A stretch of DNA of 58,540 bases, counting the filler, from Perkinsus olseni (Eukaryota): the NCBI GenBank assembly GCA_013115125.1. It is 3 parts of 3 records of this genome, joined end to end, with 100 filler letters (N's around TTAATTAATTAA, not from the genome) between each part and the next. Parts side by side here need not be neighbours in the genome. Positions count along the whole stretch, not along the records: positions 1 to 19,523 come from JABANN010000597.1; 2 more parts are not named here. One strand, given 5' to 3'. A program made the position numbers and the translations under genes. The number at the start of each line of letters is the position of its first letter. The stretch's first letter is position 1. Shown one piece after another: positions 1-12,367 of this stretch. The notes under the pieces are model-generated. The model did no database searches and was not told where the DNA came from. It saw nothing but the letters and a program-made list of their open reading frames with translations.

Positions 1-305
1 AAGTAGAAGCCGCAGAAGTCGCGGTCCAAAACGAAAGGCTGAGGGGCATCATGGCAAGGGTTGTAGTGCATCGTGACGGCCTTCAACCCGCGCTTGTTCC
101 TCCAGAAAGGGACGAACCAACGCCAATTATACTGCTGGTACTCCATGATGGTCTCGTTCCAGAAAGTAACCTCATGGCGAACATAAAGTTTCTTGAGAGA
201 GTGACCGTAGGAGACCTCGATGCAGTACTTGCTGGGAAGCTGGTCAGTGAGCAGACTGACCACGGAGATGATGAGAAGAGCGAATGAAAGGACGCGGGAA
301 ACCAT
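1..305 (-). CDS. Putative secreted hypothetical protein, 3'-partial (runs off window)
   Basis: ATG at 305 opens a frame with no stop before the window edge: MVSRVLSFALLIISVVSLLTDQLPSKYCIEVSYGHSLKKLYVRHEVTFWNETIMEY... Hydrophobic signal-peptide-like N-terminus. Not in the ORF track because it has no stop. Confidence 0.6.
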   Translation of the reverse strand, partial: MVSRVLSFALLIISVVSLLTDQLPSKYCIEVSYGHSLKKLYVRHEVTFWNETIMEYQQYNWRWFVPFWRNKRGLKAVTMHYNPCHDAPQPFVLDRDFCGFY

Positions 306-2428
306 GTGAAACTCGCTAGGAAACCTGAGCACAGAAGCATTAGAAGGATCAACACCAAGACACCCCGCTCGGGTAAGCCGAGTCGACACTATAGGTTCCC
401 TCTACGCATGCAAGGACCTCAAGCTTGACCTCAGAATGGAAAGGCCCACCTTGATATCCCGAGATCAAAATTATCCCAACATTTCCAGGGGGTTTGAGTT
501 GTGCGGAGCACGCGGTCACGTCACGATTTCTCGCCGCCACGCGTGACGAGATGCCGCTGTCCCGGTGGTAGGCAGCAATCCATCAAAATACGAGGAGCAT
601 CTGCCACTGTGTAGTCACTGCTCGAACGCTCACCAACAATGACACAATGCCGCTCCGCTTGGGAGCAACGCGAGCAGTTCTAACGCCCTACACGAGGAAA
701 TAACGATCCGAACAGAACGGATGCGCGGCGCGGCGAAGGGCTCCATGGACGATGCCATTGAAAGCATGAGAATAGACCGGACGATCGATAAACGAAACTC
801 ATTATCGCTCTACGAGAGTGCGATCGATCTCTCGCGCTGTTACCATCCACAACTTTCCGTCGATGCGGTTCGTTCATCAAGAGAAACGCTTCAAACGCTT
901 TGGAGAGAAGCAGGCAAATGCAGGCGTGACAGCTGGTCGCCGTCACCGTGCCGATTGGGGTCGGAACCTTTCCTGTCAGCCTTTCAACGACTGAACAAGA
1001 GCAGTCCCTACTCTCGAGAGGCTAGCCTCAGTCGATGTATCCTGACTCTGGATTCTCGAGCTCTACTGGGAACACTCACATTGCGGGTGCACGCTGCCGA
1101 CCTGCGCATGGGGCGTCTGGAGCCTCAGGAATGTGGAGGGCTGAACAGTGTTTAATGGAGGCCTCGAAGAAGCTCCACGAAGACTTTACCGATCAACGCA
1201 GGTGAATCGCCCACGAGAATAACGCGTTCAATATAGTGACAACTGCCTCCATTGCTGCTGCATACCATAAATCCTAAGTTTGCCGGCAGCAACTTGCTAC
1301 CCATATTTGCTTTCCGTGCGTGTTCCTCTTTGTGCTGTTACGCTCCGTCTATTTTTATGCGTGCAGAGTAGTCTGGGCAATAGCTCTTTCATAAGATCCA
1401 TCTCACAAGCTCCCTTTGGCCTTGTGTTCCACGTATGAGTAAGAAGAATACAACATGTGCGTCCAATCGCTCCGGCAATCGCGTGCATTCCTCGTCACGC
1501 GAGTGAACACACGTTTTCCCCGAACTCCTCTCGAGTCCGGTTTTACCAGTCTTTGAGCCCTGTCTCCAATAGCCTTACTGTACTAAGTTATGGTGTACCC
1601 GGCAAGGCTCTCAATGAAGCCCTATTATACGTATCAATATTCTTTTGTTGCTGTTGGAGCCTGGTTGCCAGTACTGCGACGTGGTGTTGAACCTTCGTAC
1701 GCTCGGACAGTCCGTGTCCGCCCCATCGTGGCAACAGCTCTCCCGTCTGCTGCTTTCCATACATATGGTGGAGAAGCCAACAGTAGATGTCACTGACCTG
1801 GCCCTTGATGGCGTCGTGACGACGCCGTCGTCCACAGACGTCATCTCACAGTTCCGTTGACCAACGCCATCACCATCTTCCCACTCTTCCGGAGAGAACG
1901 CGATTCAGGAATCGCGTGGCAAAAGGGAATTCTCTGGAGTGTTGAAGACTGTGCATCATGGTTTCACGTTCTTTACCATGGTCCCACTCGAATTACTCTG
2001 AGACCCAACAATCCGCGCCGTCGGCGAGGTCCTGTGCGTCCGGATCCCCACAAGGCTGTGCCACCGTCACTGCGGCACCATGCAGCGTCAAGTTGGTGCA
2101 TCACAAGTGTCGTGAGGACCTTGTGGAGCAAGTGCAACCCAACCAGTAACAAGCCGTGCTTCCACAGAGGGCTGGCACGTGCCTTGAAGAGCTTGAAACG
2201 GGCCGGTCGGTTGTTTGTTGGGTCGTGATTCATGAGTCCCTTCCATTGAACATCCCAGATTGTAAGAGGAGAGCGAACATTTGCCTCGGCGACATATTGC
2301 CCATGTCATCGTGGCTTTAGACGGAAGCATTCCGGGGTGGGAGTTTATACAGTATGAGTCCAACCCCGTGGTGAGATTACACTACCCTGAACTTTTACGA
2401 ACGCAAAACTACAGGGGAGGCTCACTGC

Positions 2429-4678
2429 TCACCCGCCTTGGGGGCCTGTTAAATTTACACGTGTAATGACCGATATCTCTCCTCGTTTAGTATCTCTGAC
2501 TAGCAGACTGCTGCCGTTACCACACCAGGATATCACTCCCGCCGCTGAGTGACGGGGGAGCTTGAAGCACAACTCTTCCTCGGAAAGGGGGCCGTCTTGT
2601 GAGATCATACAGCTATATACGTGGTGCTGCCCCAAGGTAACTACAGTGACAAGGAACGATGATAGGAGCACCTCGCTTCGAATCACTGAGACAAGGGCCG
2701 GGGCAGCAGCGTTCCACATCACTGGTAAGACGAGCCCGATTTTCGATATTGGCTGCTGGATGAGGGTCCCATTTGAAGTCTCTAACTTCTCTTGAGTGAT
2801 GCAGCACTGCGAGCAGGCACCGGGTCGCAAGGCACCAGATGTAGATGGCAGATGGCTGCCCTTCTGAAGCAAAGAAATGCTCAGTAAAGGAATCCGCCTC
2901 GAACCCATCCAGTAGGGGACTGACGGAAGCAGTACACGACACTCTGATGTAGGGCTTACCATCCCGAGTTGACAGGTATCGCCCTGAAGGGCTCCATTCT
3001 AGCCTCCTTATGCCTGTGAGACCCTGCATGCCTCGATTCTTTCGTATGATAAGTCGAGAGTGGTGACTGAGCTCCGTGGGCAGGGCAGAGTCTTCACGGA
3101 AGCTCTCATAGGCCCTGTTTTCGACTTTATCTGAACCATCCGACCCCTAAAAGCCTCGCTCGTGATGCAGTACGGGGTTCTCTCGGCGACACACAACAAC
3201 ATGATAGTAATGCCGTGACGTGGCCCTCAGAGTAGCAACAGGAAATCCACCGTTACGAGAGATAGTATGCCACGCACACTCCAGAGAAACTCTGACTCGT
3301 ATTCAACGATCATGACATCTCTCGTTGACGTGACGGCTGCTGGTAGAGCCACTGAGACCGGTGTGGCCTCTCACATCTCGCTTGTTTCCTGTCGGTGTCT
3401 TCCAGTCTGTAGATGAAGCATGGTCCCCCATTGGCAGTAGTACTGACAGGAAGCGGGTCGCCATGCGAGAAGGATGCAAGCAGCGACCAAGTACCTGATG
3501 GGAGCTCATCGAGTATGGATCTGGTGCCTGCCTCACTCGCGCTTAGGATATGTGCCTGCCCTCCAGCTGTGCCAACAGCTATCAGGCCCTCTTGCGGGAA
3601 TAGCGCCAAGCCGGTCAGACACACGGCGTCAGATTGCAAAGCACCGCTCGGAGGCATCACGGCATGTAATTGCTCCCCAGCTATCGAGTACACGTAGAGA
3701 AGCACGAAGGCCGTCGAGGATGCTGACGGATTCTCCCACACGAGGAGTTGCGAATCTTTGAATGAAGGCCAGGCGACACCGTATGCATCGACCGTCGGCA
3801 GTCCGAAATGAGAGACCTGATCTCCGAGAGGCCAGTAGCCAAGGATTTCCCTGGAACGGCTGAGCCTCGCCTGTTTAAATCCCTCCTGTGGGTCGTGTAT
3901 CGAGATGTAGTCTTTGCATTCCTGACAGAGGAATGGCGATGCCCGCTGCACTCACGAAGGAAGGGCCTACTCGTCTCCTAATGACTGCCAGATTCTGGCA
4001 TGTGTTACTGAAGGCAACAGTGGGGACGGCAGACGCCACGACCGCCGGTCCTAAAATTGCAATATGCGTGCCAGAGCGGGCTGGTGCGTCCGACCAGAGT
4101 GGTTGGTTGGTGACTTGGCGTACTCGATGCGCTCAATGCTTGACTGGGTAGTGAGGCTCCACACGTCAAGCCTCAACGAGAAGTCGGCTATCGCGAGTAC
4201 GTGCCTGCGAGAGCTTTCAGCGCCAGTTCAGGTCAGAGTACCCACCGACTATCGGGTGACCAGAGAGATGCAGCCAAGCCTGCGGAGCCCTGCTCAATAG
4301 TGCATCTCCAGTCAGGATGGTCAATCGGCGACAAGACAACAATAGAGCCACATTCGTTATGGGATGCCAGCAGAAGTCTCGAGTCCGGGGACCAAGCGAG
4401 CGCGGAGAGGCCGCTGCTACTGCTGCCTGTCAGCGTTGGTATCGGGATGGTAGCGATTACAGGATCACCGGAACTCTGGCAGCATAGCTTCCGGACGACA
4501 ACACGCGATCCAGAGCAACCTGTGGGCGTGCGAAGAGCGTTTCGGAGCTTTGAACAGACTAGAGCCCACCAGTCTTCACTGCTGTGGCTAGGTGGTTGCC
4601 ATCAGGCGATATCGCGGCTAGGTGCACCGGGATGCATTCGTAACCTGTGACGGTCGTAGTTGGGCCTGGCCGCAGCAT
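2429..4678 (-). CDS. WRAP73: WD40-repeat protein WRAP73/WDR8-like (centriole/cilium), multi-exon
   Basis: Exon peptides AAISPDGNHLATAV, CKDYISIHDP, YGVAW..LLVWEN..LYVYSIAG, LIAVGTAGGQAHILS..TWSLLASFSH, LEWSPSGRYLSTRD, PSAIYIWCLATRCLLAVLHHSREVRDFKWDP follow the order of motifs I recall for WRAP73. GT-AG introns lie between them. Confidence 0.82.
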
Positions 4679-4931
4679 ACAGAGGAGAAGCGATTCTGTC
4701 CATTCAGCCGAGCCGTGGATACGCTGGCTGAGGATTGACAAACACAACACGGTAGAAGGTGGTTCAATTAGAATATAAAGAAGCGTGCATTTAACAACTC
4801 TGTACTGTACATCGCTCCCTTATGAATACGTAGCAACAGCAGCGACAACAATGGACGCGGAGAAGACACCACAACAAAAGCAGATATCGAGCAGCCGAAT
4901 CCCTCCTGAGCCGACAACAGCAAGGCAGCTG

Positions 4932-7900
4932 CTATTGTTGGAAGAGGAATCGGAGGTCTTCGACTGCTAATTTCTGAAGAGCGCCTTGTTCATTGCCACC
5001 AACCGTGCCATCGAACACCAACTGCTTCTTCTCCTGAATAAGCACCGCTGCCAGCCGTCCTGAATGGCAACCTTCGCCTACTTGCAGAGCCAGGATCCTT
5101 TCCTCGACGGTGTCCTTAGTGATGAATCGCACAGCATTCACGGGCTTGGTCTGGCCCAGGCGATGGGCCCTCTGGATTGCCTGCTGCTCATAAGCTGGAT
5201 TCCACCAGGGATCTGAGGAAAGCGCCGAATAAAGAACGAAACGTTTCGAAAAATATCCTCGACGAGATTCCATCTAAAGGGCAATGAAGATACGCATCGA
5301 GAGCCTCGCGTGCCGACATGCCGCTACGACCATTCAATGAGAGATGATACCAAAACAACGCTGTTAAAAGGGCTGAGGGACTCGGGGTGGCTCACTAGGT
5401 GCACGAACAGCCGAGAATGGGTCAATGGGAGACGCATCGAGGCGGGTTCACCATTGGAAAACTGATAAAGGTTGGCTTACCGAGGAGGAACACGCTGCTG
5501 GCAGCCTGCAGGTTCAAACCCTCTCCTCCTGCCTTGAGGGAGATCAGCAGCAGGGAGAACTCGGGATCCTGAAGGATAATGTACAATTGAGAATGCGGTC
5601 TTGAGGAGAATGCTGATCGCAATACTACTTGACGGAAAGACAGGAGAATGTTCGATCGCTGCGTCATTGGGATGCCGCCGTGGAGCACCTAGCAAGGAGC
5701 CCTCCACAGCGAGCAGCCCTCGAACGACGATCCTTACCAGACAGGATATGCCCTCCCTTCGCAATTTGAAGTCCACAAGCTCGAGCATGCGGCTGAACTG
5801 CGAGAAGACCAACCTGACACAGAGTCCTGTCTTAGCTCATCCGCTGCCCGGTCGTCACATACCCCTTGGCGGCGGGATCTTTCTCCTTCATTTTCCTGAT
5901 CTCATCCAGCAGAGCATCAATCTTAGCCGAAGACTCGAACTCATCAGCTTTGATACGATTGAGGATGCTATTCCTCGTCCGCCCGCCGATGGGTGCGCTC
6001 TCCTTCACTTTCTCAGCCGACGGTGAGCCCTGCTGGCTCTCGTCCTCCTCGTCGACGGCCTAACGAAAGAGCCGTCCTATGAACTGGACCGTCGGAAGCT
6101 GCCTGAGGCCCTCCGCTCCGCTCTGAGACTCCTCCCTTACCTGGCCGAATGTAACTGTTATGGGAGCAAAGCACGCCGGGCATCCGATCCCTCCGTTCAA
6201 CGGCAGCTGCGGCGCTTCTCGAAGGAAGTCTCGCACGCACTCACTGAGACACAGTAGGCAGTAGAGGGGAAGCAGACGGCCTCGGCACTCACTTATGGAA
6301 GCTATGCCCACATGTAGCCTTAGCCTGAGCCTCATTCTCGTTGGTGGTTCGGGCCGGGATGTCGTCTTGGCACAGCACCTGCCGAGGAGCAGAACATCGG
6401 CTCCTAACAGCTGTGATAAACCCTACACAAATATCAGCCCTATCCTTCCCAGCAGCGCTCTTAGCAGGGATCGAACCGCAGTCCATGCCATGGACGATGA
6501 GATAGGGGTGATCTACTGCCTGAAGGAGCACCTCGATCACGCTTAGGGCGGCGAGAGAGAAATCCTACCTGCCTCAACCTCGTCAAGAGGTCGAAGATAT
6601 GAGCATAGTTGTTAAGTACAGTCCCTTCATCCGCGTAGACGTTGAACCGTAGCTGACTCTGCATGGCCAGGCTTTCATAGAAGTCCTTCTCGCTGTCCGT
6701 CAGTTCCGTTCTCCTAATGCTCACAGTCATCGACGGCAACTGTAAATCGTCAGCACGCTCCTCTTTGGTGCGCCGCAGCAACAGACGATCCAACACCCGC
6801 TCGCGGAGCTCCTTCAGGGCGTCCTTGCCAACACCCGCGAAACCGTGCCTGAAAAACTAACGCATCAAAGAGCTGCGGCGGGGGGACTGGTGAGGCTGCC
6901 CGGCAATCCTCACTTGAGAATCGGCTTGCTGATGGTTTGGTTGAAGTAGGAGTAGTGCTGCATCTTCGTGTGGCCGCATCGTTTGCAGTATCGATTGTCC
7001 TCGAAGCGATAGGCCATCGACTTGCAGTCACAGTCCTTAGCCTTGCAGAAGTAGAAAGCGTACGGATCGTTCTTCAAGAACCTTCAACATCACCACCATC
7101 CTCAGCCGAGCGGCAAGGTTCCATCCGACCCACCGTATCAGGGAGTAGAGCTCTCCCACTCGGTTCTGCAGTGGCGTGCCGCTGAGGCCCCATCTGTATT
7201 CAGCCCTCAACGCGTACCTTCCCATCAGCCCTGGGAATGCCGAAATGCAGAGGAGCGAGGAACTTACGTTCCGAGGGCGGTGGTGGTTGTCCGGCCCTTG
7301 ATACGGTGGGCTTCATCCAGAATGACCCTCCCCCACCGAACGCTATGGAGAGCTGACTTCGACAGATCCAAATCGCTCCGCTCGCAATCTGACCAACGAC
7401 GCTCTCCAGCTGACATGAGCCTGCATATTACCGGAGGTGTCATCACCAGCATCTTCATCCCCTCCCTCCTCATCCCGCAACTTCCTCGCTGTCGCTCTGG
7501 TAACCCGCCCAGCACGCATCGACGCCGAGGCCCGCGGCTTAGCTTTCTTTCCCCTACCCTTCACCACCTCAAGCTCGCTATCACTGGACTCGCTAGAACC
7601 ATCGGTAGCATCACTCTCATTTTCCCTACTACTGCTGCTCGCGGAGGCATCGCTTGGCTCATAGTCGTCGTCGGCGGACGCCTTGGCTCGTTTGGAAGGA
7701 GCAGGGCCTCTGCCTGCCTGAGGCTTCACAGTCTGTCGGAGCCGGGCAACCACGGCACGCTTGTTTGAGGCGCTCATTCTCCGCTTCTTGCTGGGAGGGG
7801 ACGGTGAGCTCTCCGACTCGGGCGATGAAGAGCCGGAGGAGGAGGAGGAGGAGGAGGACTCCGATACCGACAGTGTGGCGCCCTCCTTAACATCGCTAGA

Positions 7901-9990
7901 GTCGGGGCTACTACCGAGGCTGACCGGTGACGACCGGCTGCCTTTGACGGTTCGAGGCGCTATTGTACTTGAGCTGGAAGGGCTTGCCTTCACCTTGCAG
8001 CGACGGGAGGGCGCCCTTCGTGGCGCAGTGTCAACCTCCATCGATATTGGCTCTTCCAACTTCACCTGTTTCTTCACTTTCCGTCGTTCGGGAGTGCCAA
8101 CACTGGCCTCGGATTTTCCCACATCTTTAGTAGCAGCTTTCGAGGTCTTCCTCATCCTAGCGATACGTTCGCTGTCCACCGCCTCCCGAACCCTCGCCAC
8201 CAATGCCGCCTTCAGCCCGGACGTGTCAAGCCCCATCTCCTGACACTTGGCGCGCAGCTCCGCCACTTTCAGCTTCCCAATGTCCGTCGAGGAGAGCCGT
8301 TCAACTTTATGCTCCTCTTCCGCGACCTTCTCTTCAGTCGACTCGCCATTCATCTTCTTCTGGTCTTCCTCCATCTCCAAGATCAACGACACCAGCTCCG
8401 CACGTCTCATCTGATTAGGTATCTCCATGCCGGGATACCTAGGATACGGAACATCGAGGGACGCCACTACAAGGCTCCTTCTACCTGTCCATGATGACCT
8501 CCTTCAGCTGCCGCATCGTCATCCGCCGGATACTGGCTTCATCTATCTCAGCTCGCTCCTCAGTCTCGTCATGTTTGGCTCGTTGCTTAGCCCAATAATA
8601 TTCCTTCACCTTCCAAATACTTGCCTTCTCGGCATTCTCCATGCCCGCCTTGGCCATCACTTCCCGCAGGACATTCCCCACAGTGGGGGGCTTGTAATCA
8701 CTCTCAGCCTTCCTCTTCGATCGACTCCCAACCGATTCAGGGCTGCCCGATGTTTCCTCTCCGCCAGCCGTCGGGATTCCCAAAGTCTTCTTAGCGGCCT
8801 CCGCTGCCTCTCGGAATTTCCTATGAGTTTTACTCTGCTTTGCCGTCTTCTCCGCGTCCGGCCCGCACATGTACTTTTGATGCCAGATAAGCTTGTCGGG
8901 CAGGAAGGCTCTATGGCAGTACTGACAGATCGACTTCAACCTGTTCAGCTGGTTCCTGTACTCATACTCCATCGTTTGATAGGTCGTCAAGACCACATCG
9001 AACTTAAGGAGGTCCTCGCCTTTCAACCGCTTGTTGCCGTGGTAGACGTGGACCTTCAAGGAGTCCGGCTTGAGGTAGCGATGGATTTCGCTGTACCACT
9101 GCATCACCGCCGCCACCGGGCACACTACCAAAGTCGGGCCCTTGGTATCTTCTCGGCGTTTCACGATCAAAGCGACAGCCTGGATGGTCTTGCCCATGCC
9201 CATCTCATCGGCCAACACCCCGCCCCTGCACTCCTTGGTGAGCTCCTGGTTACACATCCAGGCGAGGCCTTCTCTTTGGAAGGCTAGGAGCGGTATGACG
9301 AGCTGACACCACCACGGAATATCGACATTCTCGACATTCTGCGACCTACTTCGTCGGGAGGGGTGAATTTGTCCACGAGCAGCTGGGAGACCATCTGTTT
9401 CATTCCCCCTATGTCCAGATCTTCCATCCTCTTCTTCTCGTGCCGCTCTCGGAACACTTCTAAAAGCGATTCCTTGTTCTCATCCGTCAGGCCTTCGAAG
9501 CCCATCATGTTCTCAGCGAACCATTTCGATGTATCGCATACAGCACCTCCAGAGGGTGCTTCGGAGTCCCTGAGGAGAACAGATAGGCAAGCTGAGCCTG
9601 ATCGGAATCATCGGCTTACCCATCTACTAGGCCTTCGAGGCAGCCATTTATCTCCAAAAATTTGAATGGTGCACACTCTGCATGGAACCAAATGATAATC
9701 GCACCAAGATTTCCTCGAGGATCCTCTACAGGATATCCGAACCGCAACGATGACTTCGGTATCTTATGTCCGCACCGCCGGCAGGTGCTCAATCCTGACT
9801 TCGCCAGATCAGTTTCGAGCCTCCAGTCCTCCAGAGCGTCGGCCTGCTTCTTCTTTAACTTCCCTTGCATATCTTCGGTGATCCAGTTTTTGGTGGTAGG
9901 ATCCCACTTTACCCTAGGCGCCGGTCTTTTCAGTTGGGAGCTCTCCGCGGATAAGAAATTCTCGAGATCGAACGACGCGGGTATATCCAT
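4932..9990 (-). CDS. RAD16: RAD16-like SNF2-family helicase/RING E3 ligase with N-terminal PARP-type zinc finger and SAP/HeH modules, multi-exon
   Basis: Motif [16 protein letters not shown]; motif [11 protein letters not shown]; motif [25 protein letters not shown] ([18 protein letters not shown]); helicase C ([37 protein letters not shown]). N-terminal [21 protein letters not shown] (zf-PARP). [32 protein letters not shown]. Confidence 0.92.
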
Positions 9991-10455
9991 TGGAGAGAAG
10001 AGTGGGGTGAGCTGCCACCACTGATGACAACAAAGTGAACTACTCGTACGCGGATGACTAACGTTGCGGAAGATCTTAACTGGTTCTCACAGCTTCATCG
10101 AAACCAAGAGACATCCCCAGACCAGTGCGCTCATTGTCTAACAGAACGATAGACAGGAAAAATCACGAGGGACAGTGCTCCCTCAGCGGCAGCAGGACTG
10201 GCATGTCACTGACCAATACGCACTATCGAGGGACGGTCCGGCCACACACTAGCGCTACTCAACAAATGCTAGACTAGCCGTGCTACGTTCCTACCCGTGC
10301 TAGCCTTATACACGTTTGTGTGCGAGTACTCTGCGGAGAGTGTCTCAGTTCTCCATCTGCTCCAAACATCTCCATATATGTAGTACCAATATCATTGGGT
10401 GCAGCAATCATCCCTCAGGAGAGGTCACGACATCAAGCTACGAACATGAAAAGCC

Positions 10456-10535
10456 TGACAGCTGTGGGGTTCGAACCCACGCCCTTTCGGACTGGCGCCT
10501 TAAGCCAGCGCCTTAGACCACTCGGCCAAACTGTC
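10456..10535 (-). tRNA. tRNA-Leu(AAG)
   Basis: Reverse complement GACAGTTTGGCCGAGTGGTCTAAGGCGCTGGCTTAAGGCGCCAGTCCGAAAGGGCGTGGGTTCGAACCCCACAGCTGTCA folds into a full cloverleaf with a long variable arm; anticodon AAG. Confidence 0.95.
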
Positions 10536-10964
10536 GATAAAAGACCATATTATTTCAGAGCAGCAAGCATACGCATCACAGCATCCAGCCAAAATTCGGT
10601 CCACAGCAATGTGCTTCGGGTTGATTTTATAAAACAAAGCGAAATTCCTCGCGATATCTGAAGTTATTCATTCCGCTGCCCACGACTTCAACGTATATCT
10701 AGTGATGATAAGCATGCGCATGTGGCCCACATGATGTGGGAAATTCGATATGACTACGAGCATCACAGAAACCGAAACCGTGTACCAACAGAAACGTGAG
10801 AGCCGCCAGAAACCGTCCCCTCTCAAGCTAACGCTTCTAACAGGACGAAATTCAACACAAGTCGGTGACTGTGACCAGTCAAGAAAAAACCTTTACGTGA
10901 TTACTATGGGGTCTAACGAGCATCTCTGTCATACCGGTAACGTCGCGATCTGAGTAACATGCCT

Positions 10965-12079
10965 TTACCTGCTTGAGATCGATCTGCGTTGATTCGCTGA
11001 AGCGCGCCTACCATGAGTATTCCCCCTACCCCAGTAGGGCTTGCTGTGGTATCCCTTCCCCTTCGACCTGTAGCTTGGGACAAGTCGAACGGGTGCTCCG
11101 ACAGGGTATCGGCTACTGATAGGAGATGGCGCCCCCTCTGTCCGCCAAGATCCCAGATATTTCGTTTCTTGCCGTCCGCCGGTAGCTGTTATGTAATGGT
11201 ATTCACGATCAGCTGCTGCAGAATTAGCCGAAGACGGTCCATCCGAATTCAATCTCCATGCCCCAAGGTACTTAGAACTTCGGTCTTTCAGAGACGTTCC
11301 GATATTGCCACAGTCTGGCAATCCGGGCGTCTCTACCGTCAGCTCCCTCAGTACATCCCCCGCCACCCGGTCCACGGGCGTGAGCTCAGTGGTAGGCTCA
11401 CATACATCCGCATACGAGAGATTCACCCTATCTTGGCTGCTGCCTCGCTTGCTGAGCTCATCATCTCGACAGCTGGCTGGTTGCTCGTCACTTTCCATAA
11501 CGGCTGGGGTCTTCTTAGGAGACTTGTTGACTGCAGGGGGCTGACATGATGGCCCCAAAACCCAGTGTTCTGCACCGCTATCAGAACCGATCTTGCTTAC
11601 CAGCGTCTCACAGAAGCCTTGCACCAGCATGGCCTTCTTTTTCTTGGCCAGACTTTCAAAGCCGACCACGTGTCCAGCAAGCCAGGCCTGGACTCCGGTG
11701 GAGCTGCAGCAAGACAGCGAGTAAGGGGACCCTGGGGTGCCAGTACTTACTCTCGGTCACGGCACAGCTCAGCGAGCGTTGCATCATTCGACACGAGCTC
11801 CTCAGGCAGACAGTGTACGTGCAGGAATAGCGAACGCACCCCGTCCGCGCTGAACTTGTCCTCTGCTGGGAACCCCACCCTCAAGTCATTCTCCAAGATT
11901 TTCCTCTCGCAAGCGATACAGTGTGTTCTGCTGTGCGCTGATGAATCAACGTTAAACCTCCATGTTTCGGTCGCCCCAACCGGGACCTCAGCAGGTAGGG
12001 TCCAGCACTGACGGGGCCGGTCCCACGTCGCACCCGCAGCCGCAACGACGCTCACTGAATTGCTCCGCTCCGCGGTCAT
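10965..12079 (-). CDS. PARP-type zinc-finger protein, paralog 1 (two exons, disordered C-terminus)
   Basis: Exon 1 MTAERS..WDRPRQCW..SRTHCIACERKILENDLRVGF..FLHVHC. An intron at ~11704-11750 (GTAAGT..CTGCAG) joins in frame to WLAGHVVGFESL, the zf-PARP C-terminal helix, and on into ORF 10965-11669. Confidence 0.78.
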
Positions 12080-12367
12080 GAACCAAGCCAGAAACCCTAC
12101 AAAGGTGATCGGGCATATAATGACAGACACTATCTAAAGACCCTCTGAGGAGGACTCGCAGGGCCGAGAACCGGTTGGAGGGCACTGAATGGAAGAAAGA
12201 AAGCGAAGGCCCATATTGATAAGCTGACCGCGAACCTACGGAGGCCCCACTGTATTCCCACAGCCGTCACAAAAAGTCATCCTTGCTTCCCAAGAAACGT
12301 TCATTCACATCTTATTCTACTCAACTTACATCTCCATTACATTAAAGGACTTCATCTAATAACAGCA

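Noticed and set aside
680-2400. Several 60-144 aa ORFs on both strands; possible decayed gene or transposase
   Set aside because: No recognisable motif or consistent exon chain; frames are interrupted by stops.
7280-9287. Long plus-strand ORFs (162, 160 and 286 aa)
   Set aside because: Antisense shadows of the GC-rich RAD16-like exons.
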